Sequence record: PX667085.1
Reading direction: 5' to 3' (one strand)
Length of the DNA: 64,000 nucleotides
From: a phage
Part shown: positions 19,317-28,410 of the stretch, one piece after another
Numbering within the stretch: the first letter of the stretch is position 1
Layout: each line of letters opens with the position of its first letter
Notes under the pieces: model-generated
Told to the model about the DNA's origin: nothing
Seen by the model: the letters and a program-made list of their open reading frames with translations, nothing else
The model's database searches: none
Program-made: the position numbers and the translations under genes

Positions 19317-19992
19317 AACAGTTTTGTCTATGTTTGACGGATCTGGAATCATGGTGTTACGTTATGCCGAAGCAGGTCACAAGTGTTTTTGTGTAAACGC
19401 TGATGAAGGGGATCACGGTAAATACGAGGTTAGGATGGAGCACCCAAACATAACCTATGTGAATGCCTGGATAGATTCTACATTCAACCCTGAAGATCAT
19501 GGGATACCTAAACCCGATATTATTTTTGGATTTCCACCTTGTACTATGTTAGCAGGTAGTGGTAGCAAACACGAACGTAGCACAGAGGAATTAGATGAAG
19601 CTTTAGCTAATATTCGTGTAGTGGAAGCTTTGGGTAACAAATATAATGTTCCTTGGATGATTGAAAACCCAGTAGGTAAACTTTCAACCTTATGGCGTAA
19701 ACCCGATTTTTACTTTGATCCTTATGAGTATGGTGGGTATTTGTTTGAAGAGGAAGGAAGCTTTCATCCTAAAATGCCTACCCGTGATGGGTATACAAAG
19801 AAAACTTGTATTTGGCACGGCAATGGTTTTGTTCAACCAGTGAAGAAACCAGTAGATCATATAGGCTGCTTCTGGGGTTGGAAAAGCTTAGGCGGAGCTA
19901 GTGCAAAAACAAAACAACTTAGATCCCTAACCGCACGTGGTTTTGCTCGTGCCGTGTTTTTGTCTAACAATCTTCTAGATAAGGAGAAATAA
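19309..19992 (+). CDS. compact DNA cytosine-5 methyltransferase-like protein
   Basis: FDGSG (motif I-like), GFPPCT (PC catalytic motif-like), ENPVG (ENV-like); shorter than typical C5-MTases. Confidence 0.45.
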   Translation: MSKTVLSMFDGSGIMVLRYAEAGHKCFCVNADEGDHGKYEVRMEHPNITYVNAWIDSTFNPEDHGIPKPDIIFGFPPCTMLAGSGSKHERSTEELDEALANIRVVEALGNKYNVPWMIENPVGKLSTLWRKPDFYFDPYEYGGYLFEEEGSFHPKMPTRDGYTKKTCIWHGNGFVQPVKKPVDHIGCFWGWKSLGGASAKTKQLRSLTARGFARAVFLSNNLLDKEK

Positions 19993-20645
19993 TGTCAAAT
20001 TCAAAACCAGTAGTTGCTTATCAAGTAGATCGTAATGATGGTGAAGGAAGTGTTGTTATTTTCAGTACACACGGTCTTGAGGCTCGTCGAAAAGGTGCAT
20101 ATCGTTTAGAATGTGAGTTTGAAGACTGCACAAGCCACCGTGTCAAACAATTCGATCAATATGCTGATAAAGGCTTCGTCCCTATCAAAGCCTTACTGGA
20201 AGATGGTTGGTGGGTATATTCTGCTTTTGATTACTCAAGACTGGAGGAGTCAGCCTCGTGCGCCTCCGAGATCGAATATGATGATTACTATGACACTCTC
20301 TACCTTCCAGAATGGCTTGTCTTTTCTCCTGATGAAAGAAGTGTCTGGAAAACGTGGGAAGAAATGGAGAGACATGCATATAGCATCAATGAAGCTTTAG
20401 ATCGTAAAGCTTGGTTTATTGAGGCAGTAAAGGCGGCATACCCCCAATTCTCATTTTGTGATTTCACTGGTGGCCCAGGATACATTACACATACAGCCTC
20501 TTTTGAGTTTCCTGGTTCACGTTATAAGGGTAATGTTTATTGGGACTGGGATGAAAATAAACAACCTTCGGCTCAAGACTTCCGTTGCTATGTTTGTCAA
20601 GGCGATCAAGAAGCCCTTGACAAATACCTACAAAGTCTGGTATAG
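19992..20645 (+). CDS. hypothetical protein
   Basis: 217-aa ORF. Confidence 0.55.
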   Translation: MSNSKPVVAYQVDRNDGEGSVVIFSTHGLEARRKGAYRLECEFEDCTSHRVKQFDQYADKGFVPIKALLEDGWWVYSAFDYSRLEESASCASEIEYDDYYDTLYLPEWLVFSPDERSVWKTWEEMERHAYSINEALDRKAWFIEAVKAAYPQFSFCDFTGGPGYITHTASFEFPGSRYKGNVYWDWDENKQPSAQDFRCYVCQGDQEALDKYLQSLV

Positions 20646-20661
20646 TGCCAGCATCTGAACA

Positions 20662-20692
20662 AAGCCTCCTGTTTCAGGGGGCTTTTCTTTTA
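20662..20692 (+). terminator. intrinsic terminator
   Basis: GCCTCC-TGTTTCA-GGGGGC hairpin then TTTTCTTTT. Confidence 0.6.
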
Positions 20693-20703
20693 TAGGAGGG
20701 AAT

Positions 20704-21189
20704 ATGTTTCAAGTAAATGTCAATGTGCATAATAGTTACTCTGATTGTGAAACGTGTGGCTATAATTCATCTAATGTTGTTCGTATTAGTGGCGATTTAG
20801 GAGAAGCTTCTTTTGGAGAAGAAGCAAGTTGCTTTAGTGGTATGGATGCAGAATGGAATGATATTGCACATTGGTTAGTGAGCAAACTAAAAGAAAAAGA
20901 GAAACCATTTCCTACTCTGCTTGATCGTTCTCTTGTGGAAGATGCAGGTAAAGCATATGCAGACTATGCGTATGCAGACGGGAAATATTTGGAAGATGAT
21001 AAGGCTAACCATTTGCTTTATGTTTACTATGAAGCTGAATCTGCCTACGATAATTATTACAGCATGTCTAACATCCTACGTCTGTTTGCAGAGTTTGATA
21101 TTTATTTCGAAGTAGAATTTTCAGAAGATGATACTTACGAGTACAATTCTTATGATCCATTTGAGGAGGAAGAATGCCAAGACGAGTGA
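20704..21189 (+). CDS. hypothetical acidic protein, translationally coupled to Sir2
   Basis: 161-aa ORF overlapping the Sir2 start by 16 bp. Confidence 0.55.
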   Translation: MFQVNVNVHNSYSDCETCGYNSSNVVRISGDLGEASFGEEASCFSGMDAEWNDIAHWLVSKLKEKEKPFPTLLDRSLVEDAGKAYADYAYADGKYLEDDKANHLLYVYYEAESAYDNYYSMSNILRLFAEFDIYFEVEFSEDDTYEYNSYDPFEEEECQDE

Positions 21190-21989
21190 TTTTTGTAAGC
21201 GGTGCAGGTTTAAGTGCAGACAGTGGGATTCGAACATTTAGAACAGACACAGATAGTGGTCGTGCTTTATGGGAAGAATATGATTTAGAAGAGGTCTGCG
21301 ATATTGGAGCTTTCCAAGCAGGTTATCGTGTTAGAACATCTCCAGATCTTCCAGTGGTCGGTGGTGTAGACGAGAACGGTATGGATTTGTATGCCAAAAC
21401 ACACGAATTTTATAACAAAAGACGTGTTGAGCTTAAAGATGTACAACCTAATGCTGCACATATTCAAATAGCAAAGTGGTTTAAGGAATATCCTAACCAA
21501 ATAGTAAACTTGACAACAAACGTTGATGATCTACTAGAGCGAGCAGGTGTAGACAGAGATTCTGTTATTCACGTACACGGCTATCTTCCTGAAGTAGTTT
21601 ACCGTATGCATCCTGGAGATTACAAAACACTGGTAGATATTGGTTACAATAGTATAAACATAGATGATTATAACTGGGTGAAGCCTAATGTTGTATTTTT
21701 TGGTGAGGCTGCACCTTTGTATGCAGATATGGCTCACTTGTTCGATACTTTGACCATGCAAGATTTGGTTGTAGTAGTAGGATGTTCAAACCAAGTTATC
21801 AATTTTAATTGGGAATTATTTCCTGCACTTAGTATGGGTACAAAAATGGTTGTAGTTAACCCTGGAGTTAATTACGAAGAAACACTTCTCTATGAAGATC
21901 GTGGAGTTTTTGTTTACCGAGAAAAAGCTGCAACAGCCTTCAGCAATGAAGGTTTCATTAAAATGGTCGAAGACCACTTAAACAAATAA
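21174..21989 (+). CDS. Sir2-family NAD-dependent deacylase/NADase-like protein
   Basis: GAGLSADSGIRTFR nucleotide-binding motif, TTNVDDL and HVHG motifs. Confidence 0.75.
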   Translation: MPRRVIFVSGAGLSADSGIRTFRTDTDSGRALWEEYDLEEVCDIGAFQAGYRVRTSPDLPVVGGVDENGMDLYAKTHEFYNKRRVELKDVQPNAAHIQIAKWFKEYPNQIVNLTTNVDDLLERAGVDRDSVIHVHGYLPEVVYRMHPGDYKTLVDIGYNSINIDDYNWVKPNVVFFGEAAPLYADMAHLFDTLTMQDLVVVVGCSNQVINFNWELFPALSMGTKMVVVNPGVNYEETLLYEDRGVFVYREKAATAFSNEGFIKMVEDHLNK

Positions 21990-21996
21990 ACCACTC

Positions 21997-22017
21997 AAGG
22001 GGCTTCGGCCCCTTTCT
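21997..22017 (+). terminator. intrinsic terminator
   Basis: AAGGGGCTTCGGCCCCTTT hairpin. Confidence 0.7.
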
Positions 22018-22032
22018 TATTAGGAGAATAAA

Positions 22033-22305
22033 ATGACTGAAGAAATCCGTGATTACTACCTTGCACATTACGTTTACTACTTTGCCAATGCTACACAAAA
22101 AGGGGAAGGTAATCTTTACTTGGCAACAGGACATGGAACAGGCGTTAGGAAATCAAATATTGATAATGCCTTGGCTCAAGTGGCTGCGGGGCTAGAAGAT
22201 AAACTTCAAACACCTGTAGTTGTAGTGATGCAAAATATAAGTTACTTAGCAAGTTGTACTGAAACCGAATTTAACGCGTCTGAGACGCAATCTAACGAAG
22301 AATAA
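22033..22305 (+). CDS. hypothetical protein
   Basis: 90-aa ORF, last plus-strand gene before strand switch. Confidence 0.5.
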   Translation: MTEEIRDYYLAHYVYYFANATQKGEGNLYLATGHGTGVRKSNIDNALAQVAAGLEDKLQTPVVVVMQNISYLASCTETEFNASETQSNEE

Positions 22306-22307
22306 AA

Positions 22308-22332
22308 CAAAGGCACCCAAGTGGGTGCCTTT
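22308..22332. terminator. bidirectional terminator between convergent genes
   Basis: AAAGGCACCCAAGTGGGTGCCTTTT, T/A tracts on both sides. Confidence 0.7.
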
Positions 22333-22374
22333 TCTATTTTAGAGCGTCTCTGTTCGATTTAGGTGGGTTCTAGC

Positions 22375-22605
22375 TTACTTGTGTAGTGCTCTCTCGTATA
22401 ACTCAATGATCAATTCATCCTCTACTGTAATACGCGCCATTTGATCCGTCTTAAGTATTGTTGGTTGGTAGTGGTGCATTTCACTATTGATACTACAATC
22501 CCATTCGTCATAACCTAAATACTCTCCTACATGGACCTTAACCATAAAGGGAAACGGGTTATCTACCAAAAATGCCATACAACCTTCTTCGATTTTATTT
22601 AACAC
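22375..22605 (-). CDS. hypothetical protein
   Basis: 76-aa ORF, start of minus-strand small-gene block. Confidence 0.5.
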   Translation of the reverse strand: MLNKIEEGCMAFLVDNPFPFMVKVHVGEYLGYDEWDCSINSEMHHYQPTILKTDQMARITVEDELIIELYERALHK

Positions 22606-22629
22606 ACGACCTCCTATTGCTACAGATAT

Positions 22630-22652
22630 GAAAAAACCCGCCGAAGCGGGTT
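22630..22652 (-). terminator. intrinsic terminator (minus strand)
   Basis: AACCCGCCGAAGCGGGTT hairpin with U-tract on minus strand. Confidence 0.6.
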
Positions 22653-22696
22653 CTATTGCTACGATAGGATCACTATCCTATAGTATTGTTTCTGTG

Positions 22697-22978
22697 TCAA
22701 GCCTTAGCGTAGAAAAACTTCTCATATTCAGATTTTGTTACGATTGTGGGGCAATCTTTTGTTCCATCCTCGATAACAGGGGCTTCTACCATTCTGGTGT
22801 TGAATAAGCAATAAGTTCCACGCATGTAAATACCCAGTTTTGTTTCTACGATGTGCTCTTTACTTACGCTTGAAAACTTAATCTCACCATCGGAGTCTCT
22901 TATAGCAATAAGCGCATGTTCGGGCCAATCTTTTCCTTTTGCTCCTAAAGCATTATACAATTCTTGAACGAGTTCCAT
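22697..22978 (-). CDS. hypothetical protein
   Basis: 93-aa ORF. Confidence 0.5.
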   Translation of the reverse strand: MELVQELYNALGAKGKDWPEHALIAIRDSDGEIKFSSVSKEHIVETKLGIYMRGTYCLFNTRMVEAPVIEDGTKDCPTIVTKSEYEKFFYAKA

Positions 22979-22990
22979 ATGACCTCCTTA

Positions 22991-23191
22991 TTAAATAACA
23001 AATTTTTCTTCTTCTGGCTTATCGTAATCTGGAGAATAAACATGTGCGGGATTAAAACCTTTAAAATTTCCGCGACCTTTACGTGGACAGTTGAATGTGC
23101 GAGCTTGATGATCCCCAAAAGATTTCCCACAATGCATACATTTAAAATCAGTGCGTTTAGTCATGCCATATCTCCTTTTAAAAGGCTGCAC
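22991..23191 (-). CDS. hypothetical small Cys-rich protein
   Basis: 66 aa, CMHCGKSF...H...CPRKG. Confidence 0.45.
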   Translation of the reverse strand: MQPFKRRYGMTKRTDFKCMHCGKSFGDHQARTFNCPRKGRGNFKGFNPAHVYSPDYDKPEEEKFVI

Positions 23192-23327
23192 CTATTGAAG
23201 ATGCAGCTTTGATAGATTATTTAGATGAGTCTAAAATGTCTTTTACTTTTGCCGTGATAACGTCTTGATATTTGTTAATAAGATAGCCTACAACTACACC
23301 TACGATAAATGAAACCATTATTTCTCC

Positions 23328-23936
23328 TTATTTAAGTGGTGAGAGAACAATCTCTCGGTTTTTTAAGAACCAAAGCACGTCATCTTGATCATAGTCTGAT
23401 CCCTCTGTAGTAGAATTTTTGATAGAATCAAAAAACCAACGAGGTATACCAAAACAACTTCCAGATGACTGCATGTCTTTCTGCGACATTTTAAATGTGA
23501 TTGGAAAATCACAATTATCAATCTCTCGGATATCTGCTGAAGATAAGATTGTAACTTCAACCAGTTCGTCGTTAGATGTAGTATCGTTGTCTTCCTGAAT
23601 AATGTCAAATGCTTTTTGCACATCTTTTGCATCTAATGTTAAACCTGTGGCTTTCTGAAAAGCCGAAACAAAAATTAGAGCTTCTTCAGAGCAAGGGGCT
23701 TCCAGCAAATGAGCCATAATAGGTGACAAGCAAATGTTAAGATCTTTGTCATACCAACGAACAATCCACACAGGCGTTGCTCCGTTTTGTTTGTCACGAG
23801 CCAAAATTGTAACGTGCTGACCTTCTTCTGGTATATGATACAAACCAGAAAAACCAGGACCTGTAGTAGATTTTTTGACACGCACTACGTGTCCAACTTC
23901 TAAAGGATCTTTACCATCCCAAATCTTCTCTTCCAT
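23328..23936 (-). CDS. hypothetical protein
   Basis: 202-aa ORF. Confidence 0.55.
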   Translation of the reverse strand: MEEKIWDGKDPLEVGHVVRVKKSTTGPGFSGLYHIPEEGQHVTILARDKQNGATPVWIVRWYDKDLNICLSPIMAHLLEAPCSEEALIFVSAFQKATGLTLDAKDVQKAFDIIQEDNDTTSNDELVEVTILSSADIREIDNCDFPITFKMSQKDMQSSGSCFGIPRWFFDSIKNSTTEGSDYDQDDVLWFLKNREIVLSPLK

Positions 23937-23944
23937 ATAACCTC

Positions 23945-24208
23945 CTAAATAACATCTTTGAAATAGTGAATCACTTCAATATTATGGTACAAAGTGCTTC
24001 GCTCTTTTGTGTACTCTGTTTTAGTAACAAACACTTTTGCAATACCGTACTTATGCACTGGTAGGCTTGGATTGGTTTGCATAATTTCTTTCACTACACT
24101 TATAGTTTCGTGCTCGGATTCCCAATAAGTGAAGTAACCCTCACTATCAACGATTAAAGACTCGTTTTCAAGATCTACAAAACAGAAAAATATTGACGGA
24201 TGGCTCAT
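23945..24208 (-). CDS. hypothetical protein
   Basis: 87-aa ORF. Confidence 0.5.
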   Translation of the reverse strand: MSHPSIFFCFVDLENESLIVDSEGYFTYWESEHETISVVKEIMQTNPSLPVHKYGIAKVFVTKTEYTKERSTLYHNIEVIHYFKDVI

Positions 24209-24368
24209 TCTTTTTCTTCAACCTTCCTCAAAGCTTTTTGATCGAATATGGCGTGTTGCAATTCCCCGTTTTCATCGAACCAAGTTACTTTACAAGATTC
24301 ACCATAACTTTCTATTACTGTCATTTGTTTGTTTGCACCTTTAAGGCAAACCACATCACCTACTTGCA

Positions 24369-24818
24369 TCATGATTGAGTTCCTTTTTGTTTTTCAATAG
24401 CTGCACGAATTTCTGCTAAAGGTTCTGCTACCAAGTCTTCAACTTCTTGGATTTGTTCATTCATCACATCACGAACCATTTGAATACGCTCTTCAAGGGA
24501 AACAGCAAGTTCATCTGCATAAGCCATATTAAGAACGTGGTAGAAATTTTCTTGTGCACTTAAAGCACCAGATAACAAATAATCCTGATCTTCCTCTGGT
24601 AAAAGCATGTGTTGCTCATATTCAGCAAAAGTGTTTTTGTTAATCTCAAGCAAAGCACCCATCATAACATCATACTGATAATCTTTATGACCAGGGTTGT
24701 TTAAAATAACATCTTCAAAGATATTAAGAAGAATCTTAGTAACAAAAGCATTGTTTTCGGCACCTTCCATCTGACGGATTACCGTGATTACTTCTTTTTC
24801 TTTAGCGTTTTGGCTCAT
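24369..24818 (-). CDS. hypothetical protein
   Basis: 149-aa acidic ORF. Confidence 0.55.
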   Translation of the reverse strand: MSQNAKEKEVITVIRQMEGAENNAFVTKILLNIFEDVILNNPGHKDYQYDVMMGALLEINKNTFAEYEQHMLLPEEDQDYLLSGALSAQENFYHVLNMAYADELAVSLEERIQMVRDVMNEQIQEVEDLVAEPLAEIRAAIEKQKGTQS

Positions 24819-25008
24819 AGTGTTTCTCCTCTGATTCTATTTGGATATAACCTGTGGTTTTGCACGGGTTACACTCGTAAATTTGACCTACGTCCGCCAT
24901 AACATATCCTGCACCACCACAATAGGGGCAAGGCATAGGAGGACAAGGTATGGACGTAGTGATTGTTACGACATTATCAATTTCCAACATTTTCGCCATT
25001 ACTACCAT
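24802..25008 (-). CDS. small zinc-ribbon protein
   Basis: CPYCGG...CNPCKTTG. Confidence 0.5.
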   Translation of the reverse strand: MVVMAKMLEIDNVVTITTSIPCPPMPCPYCGGAGYVMADVGQIYECNPCKTTGYIQIESEEKHYEPKR

Positions 25009-25250
25009 TCCGCTATTAACGTCAAACCAAGTGCATCGTTAAAACGCTCAACATTTGAGTATAGGTATGGAGGGGTTATTTGCTCTAAAATTTGTGCTGC
25101 TTCCACTTGGTGTTCTATGTTTTGAGAAGTTCGGGCATAAACTAAGACACCCATTTTATTCAAAATAAAAACAGAATCAGACCCATCCAGCTTATCAACG
25201 GCTGCATACATTTTAGTCATATCTTCTCCTGGATTACCATTCAGCAACAA
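25002..25250 (-). CDS. hypothetical protein
   Basis: 82-aa ORF. Confidence 0.5.
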   Translation of the reverse strand: MLLNGNPGEDMTKMYAAVDKLDGSDSVFILNKMGVLVYARTSQNIEHQVEAAQILEQITPPYLYSNVERFNDALGLTLIAEW

Positions 25251-25449
25251 GACTAGGATTCATAGCAAAAGCTTTGAAAGTTGTTATGTCATGACTAATA
25301 TTAAAACTAACACCTTTTACTTTCTCTAGTATTTGAACTTTTGTCTCTCCGTCCCACGGTAGTATGATAACACCATCTCCTGTGATCAACCACCAATGGT
25401 TCTCTCCATCTCGTGAATCTTTTGCTTTGTATAGAAAATTGGAACTCAT
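25234..25449 (-). CDS. hypothetical protein
   Basis: 71-aa ORF with RBS AGGAGGA. Confidence 0.5.
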   Translation of the reverse strand: MSSNFLYKAKDSRDGENHWWLITGDGVIILPWDGETKVQILEKVKGVSFNISHDITTFKAFAMNPSLVAEW

Positions 25450-25650
25450 TCTTCCTCCTGTTCGGTATTATTCACCTGTGAGACACAATGTAACACAAGC
25501 TTTGTGAGTTTGTCAAGGATCTAATTACATTCTACAGAAGAAGAGGGTTAATAACTATAGGAATAGTCTTACTATAGGTGCAATACTAGTTAAGACTTAG
25601 ATTGATAGGTAAGACTTATCTTAAACAGATAATTGATAGGTGAATCAGCA

Positions 25651-25679
25651 TTGACTTTTTCAAAAAAATATGGTACCCT
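25651..25679 (+). promoter_or_regulatory. promoter-like module TTGACT-17-TACCCT, copy 1 of a duplicated ~65-bp element
   Basis: Same element recurs at 63724-63752; followed by short palindrome and conserved CGAGCGATAGCGAGTA. Confidence 0.45.
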
Positions 25680-25809
25680 AAACATATGTTTACGAGCGAT
25701 AGCGAGTAGTAGATTTCTATATAATAATGTTTCATGTTACTCACGATAGTTAGGTATGAAACGTAAGTGAAGGTAGATAAACTATGATCATCTATCTACC
25801 ATCTATTAA

Positions 25810-26019
25810 TCAATATAGATCTAATGTTAGACTAACAGTTATCCAACAAACAATAGCAGTCCATATAACAAGTAATGATCTACAAACTACATCCCATTCA
25901 AATACATTGTATGTTAACCATTCTCCCATCACAACAGAAGAACCCAACCAACATCCAACAACAACTATAATCCAATAAAAGAATCCTACAGTAGAGTATA
26001 CAGCAAAAGCTTTTAACAT
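25810..26019 (-). CDS. small hydrophobic membrane protein
   Basis: 69 aa, mostly hydrophobic; RBS GGAGGAAAG. Confidence 0.5.
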   Translation of the reverse strand: MLKAFAVYSTVGFFYWIIVVVGCWLGSSVVMGEWLTYNVFEWDVVCRSLLVIWTAIVCWITVSLTLDLY

Positions 26020-26432
26020 CTTTCCTCCAGAAGTTGTTCAACAGTTTGACGAGTATGATTGTCCCAGTAAACCTTAGTGAAGTCAAGAGTTCCTTGTTCG
26101 TTTCTCTTAGTTTCGAAGAAGTATCCGCCTTCTCTTTCTACTCTGTCTCTAATGTGCTCTATAAGGTGCTTTTTACAAGATGCTGATAAACAATAGTCAT
26201 ACTCCCCACGAAGCAATGCTATAGCTGCAAGTCTGTTATCACCAACTTGAGATATTGTCCAAGAAAGCATACTACCTTCTATACCTAAAGGTGTTTGTCG
26301 AATGGAATATCCACCATGCCGACTGATAGAAATTATGGCAAGTGGTTCTCCTGTTAGGGATCTTCCTAATGCACCTTCTGTTGGACTTCCTTCAATAACA
26401 CGTTTGAAAAAAGCTTTGATCTTACCTAACAT
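26013..26432 (-). CDS. hypothetical protein
   Basis: 139-aa ORF. Confidence 0.5.
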   Translation of the reverse strand: MLGKIKAFFKRVIEGSPTEGALGRSLTGEPLAIISISRHGGYSIRQTPLGIEGSMLSWTISQVGDNRLAAIALLRGEYDYCLSASCKKHLIEHIRDRVEREGGYFFETKRNEQGTLDFTKVYWDNHTRQTVEQLLEERC

Positions 26433-26576
26433 AAGTCCCCCTTAAAAACTTACTTGTTTAAAGTATCTCTTACTTGTTCTGCTTGACGTTTAGTAATAAA
26501 AGTCCCAACCGAAACGTTAAATTCATTGACTACAGAGAACGATCCATCACGATTCTCACGAATATTAAACAATTTC

Positions 26577-26780
26577 TTACTCATTTCTACCTCCTTCGAT
26601 GCTTTGTGCCGTACCATCCCAAGCCATTAGAATATTTGCCAATAGTTCACGAGGCTCTTTAAACCAAACTTCCATTTCATCAAGAATCTCGTCCGTGTCG
26701 TAAGTATAACCTGGAACACCAAGTTCGCATTTCTTAAGATAGCTTTCTAACCAGCGGTGATAATTCTTAACCCCATTCAT
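26577..26780 (-). CDS. hypothetical protein
   Basis: 67-aa ORF. Confidence 0.4.
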   Translation of the reverse strand: MNGVKNYHRWLESYLKKCELGVPGYTYDTDEILDEMEVWFKEPRELLANILMAWDGTAQSIEGGRNE

Positions 26781-27107
26781 ACTGTGCTACCTTTTCTTTT
26801 ACCCAATCTACACGATCTTTATCATAATGTTGAGTGCCAAGGAAAAGACCATTGTGGAAACTTTCCTCACCGAAAGGATAAATTGGATCTAAACCATCTT
26901 CTTCAAACAACATTTTTAATCGATTTGATGTAGATTTCTTAGTTTCTGAGTTGTAGTTTGTGGTTATAAGCCAATCTTCCAAACAACGACACAAACCTTG
27001 ACGAGAATCCCAAGGAAAAACACAATCTCCGACAGGAGCTTGTTCCGCCCATTTCAACCAGCCTTTAAAAAAGTTATACAGTATATAGTCTTCAGTGTAA
27101 TACATTA
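26767..27107 (-). CDS. paralog-family protein A (GLC / PFx / WVKEK motifs)
   Basis: Shares FxxW...GLCxCL...YPF...DRVDWVKEKV with six other ORFs; start at ATG after AAGGAGGAG. Confidence 0.55.
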
Positions 27108-27156
27108 TCTCCTCCTTTACGTATACAATAACACCCCGAAGAACGGGGTGCAACTG

Positions 27157-27768
27157 TTATTTAATCTGTTTAAAAATTTCGTTTGGAACGGTACCGTTTA
27201 AAATACCTTCTACGATCTCTTGTGCAGACGTGTAAGAGAGTCCAAAAGAAGCTACGCCTAAAATTGCCTCCTTCAAAGGATCTGGCAGGGGTTCAAAATT
27301 ACCTGCAACAAAGCCACCTGCACAAGCAGCACCTTCATCATCCCAGAAAACAACTGCTACATCGTTACCATGCGAAGTTGTGCGATGTGCAATAACTTCA
27401 ACTTCGGTGCCTTCTTTAGGAACAGAATAAGAACTGTCCCAAGAATATCTTTCCAAGTCAGGAACAAAGATAACCTTTTCGCCTACTGGCGGCAGTTCAC
27501 AACGATAATACCAAGAATTTTTTTCGTTCATTGTTTTATTTTCCTCCGCGTCTTCAAAAGTAACGATCCAATCGTAGCCGTAAGAAAACGGATATTTTAG
27601 ATCTAAAGAATAAGTTTGACCTAGATCATCCTCAACAAGAACCATCCTGTCAAAGTTTGCGATGTTAGGATTATGTTTAATGATAGGGTATGTTTCCCCT
27701 ACAGTAAATTGTCCCAAATGGTAAAGTTCATCTCTCCAAGTAATTTGGATATGAGTGCATTGAATCAT
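27157..27768 (-). CDS. hypothetical protein
   Basis: 203-aa ORF. Confidence 0.55.
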   Translation of the reverse strand: MIQCTHIQITWRDELYHLGQFTVGETYPIIKHNPNIANFDRMVLVEDDLGQTYSLDLKYPFSYGYDWIVTFEDAEENKTMNEKNSWYYRCELPPVGEKVIFVPDLERYSWDSSYSVPKEGTEVEVIAHRTTSHGNDVAVVFWDDEGAACAGGFVAGNFEPLPDPLKEAILGVASFGLSYTSAQEIVEGILNGTVPNEIFKQIK

Positions 27769-27772
27769 AAAA

Positions 27773-28045
27773 TCACCCCCAAGAAATATTTATATATCTT
27801 ACAATGTTTGCACTGTCTAAAGCCATGTTTGCACCACACCCACGCTCGCGCCAGTAACTAACAATACCTTCACAGATGCTCTCTTGTATCTTCTTATCAC
27901 TTGGCATTTCTAGTATAAGACTTGGGTTGTGGATGTTTATGTTATAATATCCTTCCTCTGCGGCTTGAGCTACCAATTTACTTACTTTTTCAAAGTACGG
28001 GGAATTAGTGGCATCTGCCATTGTTTTTAAGGTTTGTCTATCCAT
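27773..28045 (-). CDS. hypothetical protein
   Basis: 90-aa ORF. Confidence 0.5.
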   Translation of the reverse strand: MDRQTLKTMADATNSPYFEKVSKLVAQAAEEGYYNINIHNPSLILEMPSDKKIQESICEGIVSYWRERGCGANMALDSANIVRYINISWG

Positions 28046-28410
28046 TATTCTGCCTCATCATAGAAGAAATCCAACTCTTGTTCCAGTTGTTTAACTCGAT
28101 CCTTAACCCACTGTACACGTTTTTCATTAAACATGCAACGTTTTTCCTTACACTCTTGCTCAAAAGATTTTGCTGTGTTAAATGGGAAAGTTGTATCTAA
28201 GCCAGCGTTTTCAAAACTGGCTAATTGCATACCATAAACAGAATATGCTAGAGAATGCTCTGCCCGAAATTCATCACTTATATACATACGCAGACCTCGG
28301 CATAAGCCAACATCAGCGTAACCACTTTCTCTTGGAAAGAGACGGAGGTGTTCTAACCAATTATTATAGAAATCTAAAAGAATCCTCTTACACTTCAAAT
28401 CGATTGTCAT
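28045..28410 (-). CDS. paralog-family protein B (GLC / PFN / WVKDR motifs)
   Basis: LLDFYNNWL...VGLCRGL...FPFN...KRVQWVKDRV; start at ATG after AGGAG. Confidence 0.55.
   Translation of the reverse strand: MTIDLKCKRILLDFYNNWLEHLRLFPRESGYADVGLCRGLRMYISDEFRAEHSLAYSVYGMQLASFENAGLDTTFPFNTAKSFEQECKEKRCMFNEKRVQWVKDRVKQLEQELDFFYDEAE

Noticed and set aside
25784-25978. Plus-strand ORF 25784-25978
   Set aside because: It is antisense to a well-supported membrane-protein gene (25810-26019) and its product is low-complexity (Thr/Ile/Gln-rich). Any transcript from the upstream promoter is more likely non-coding.
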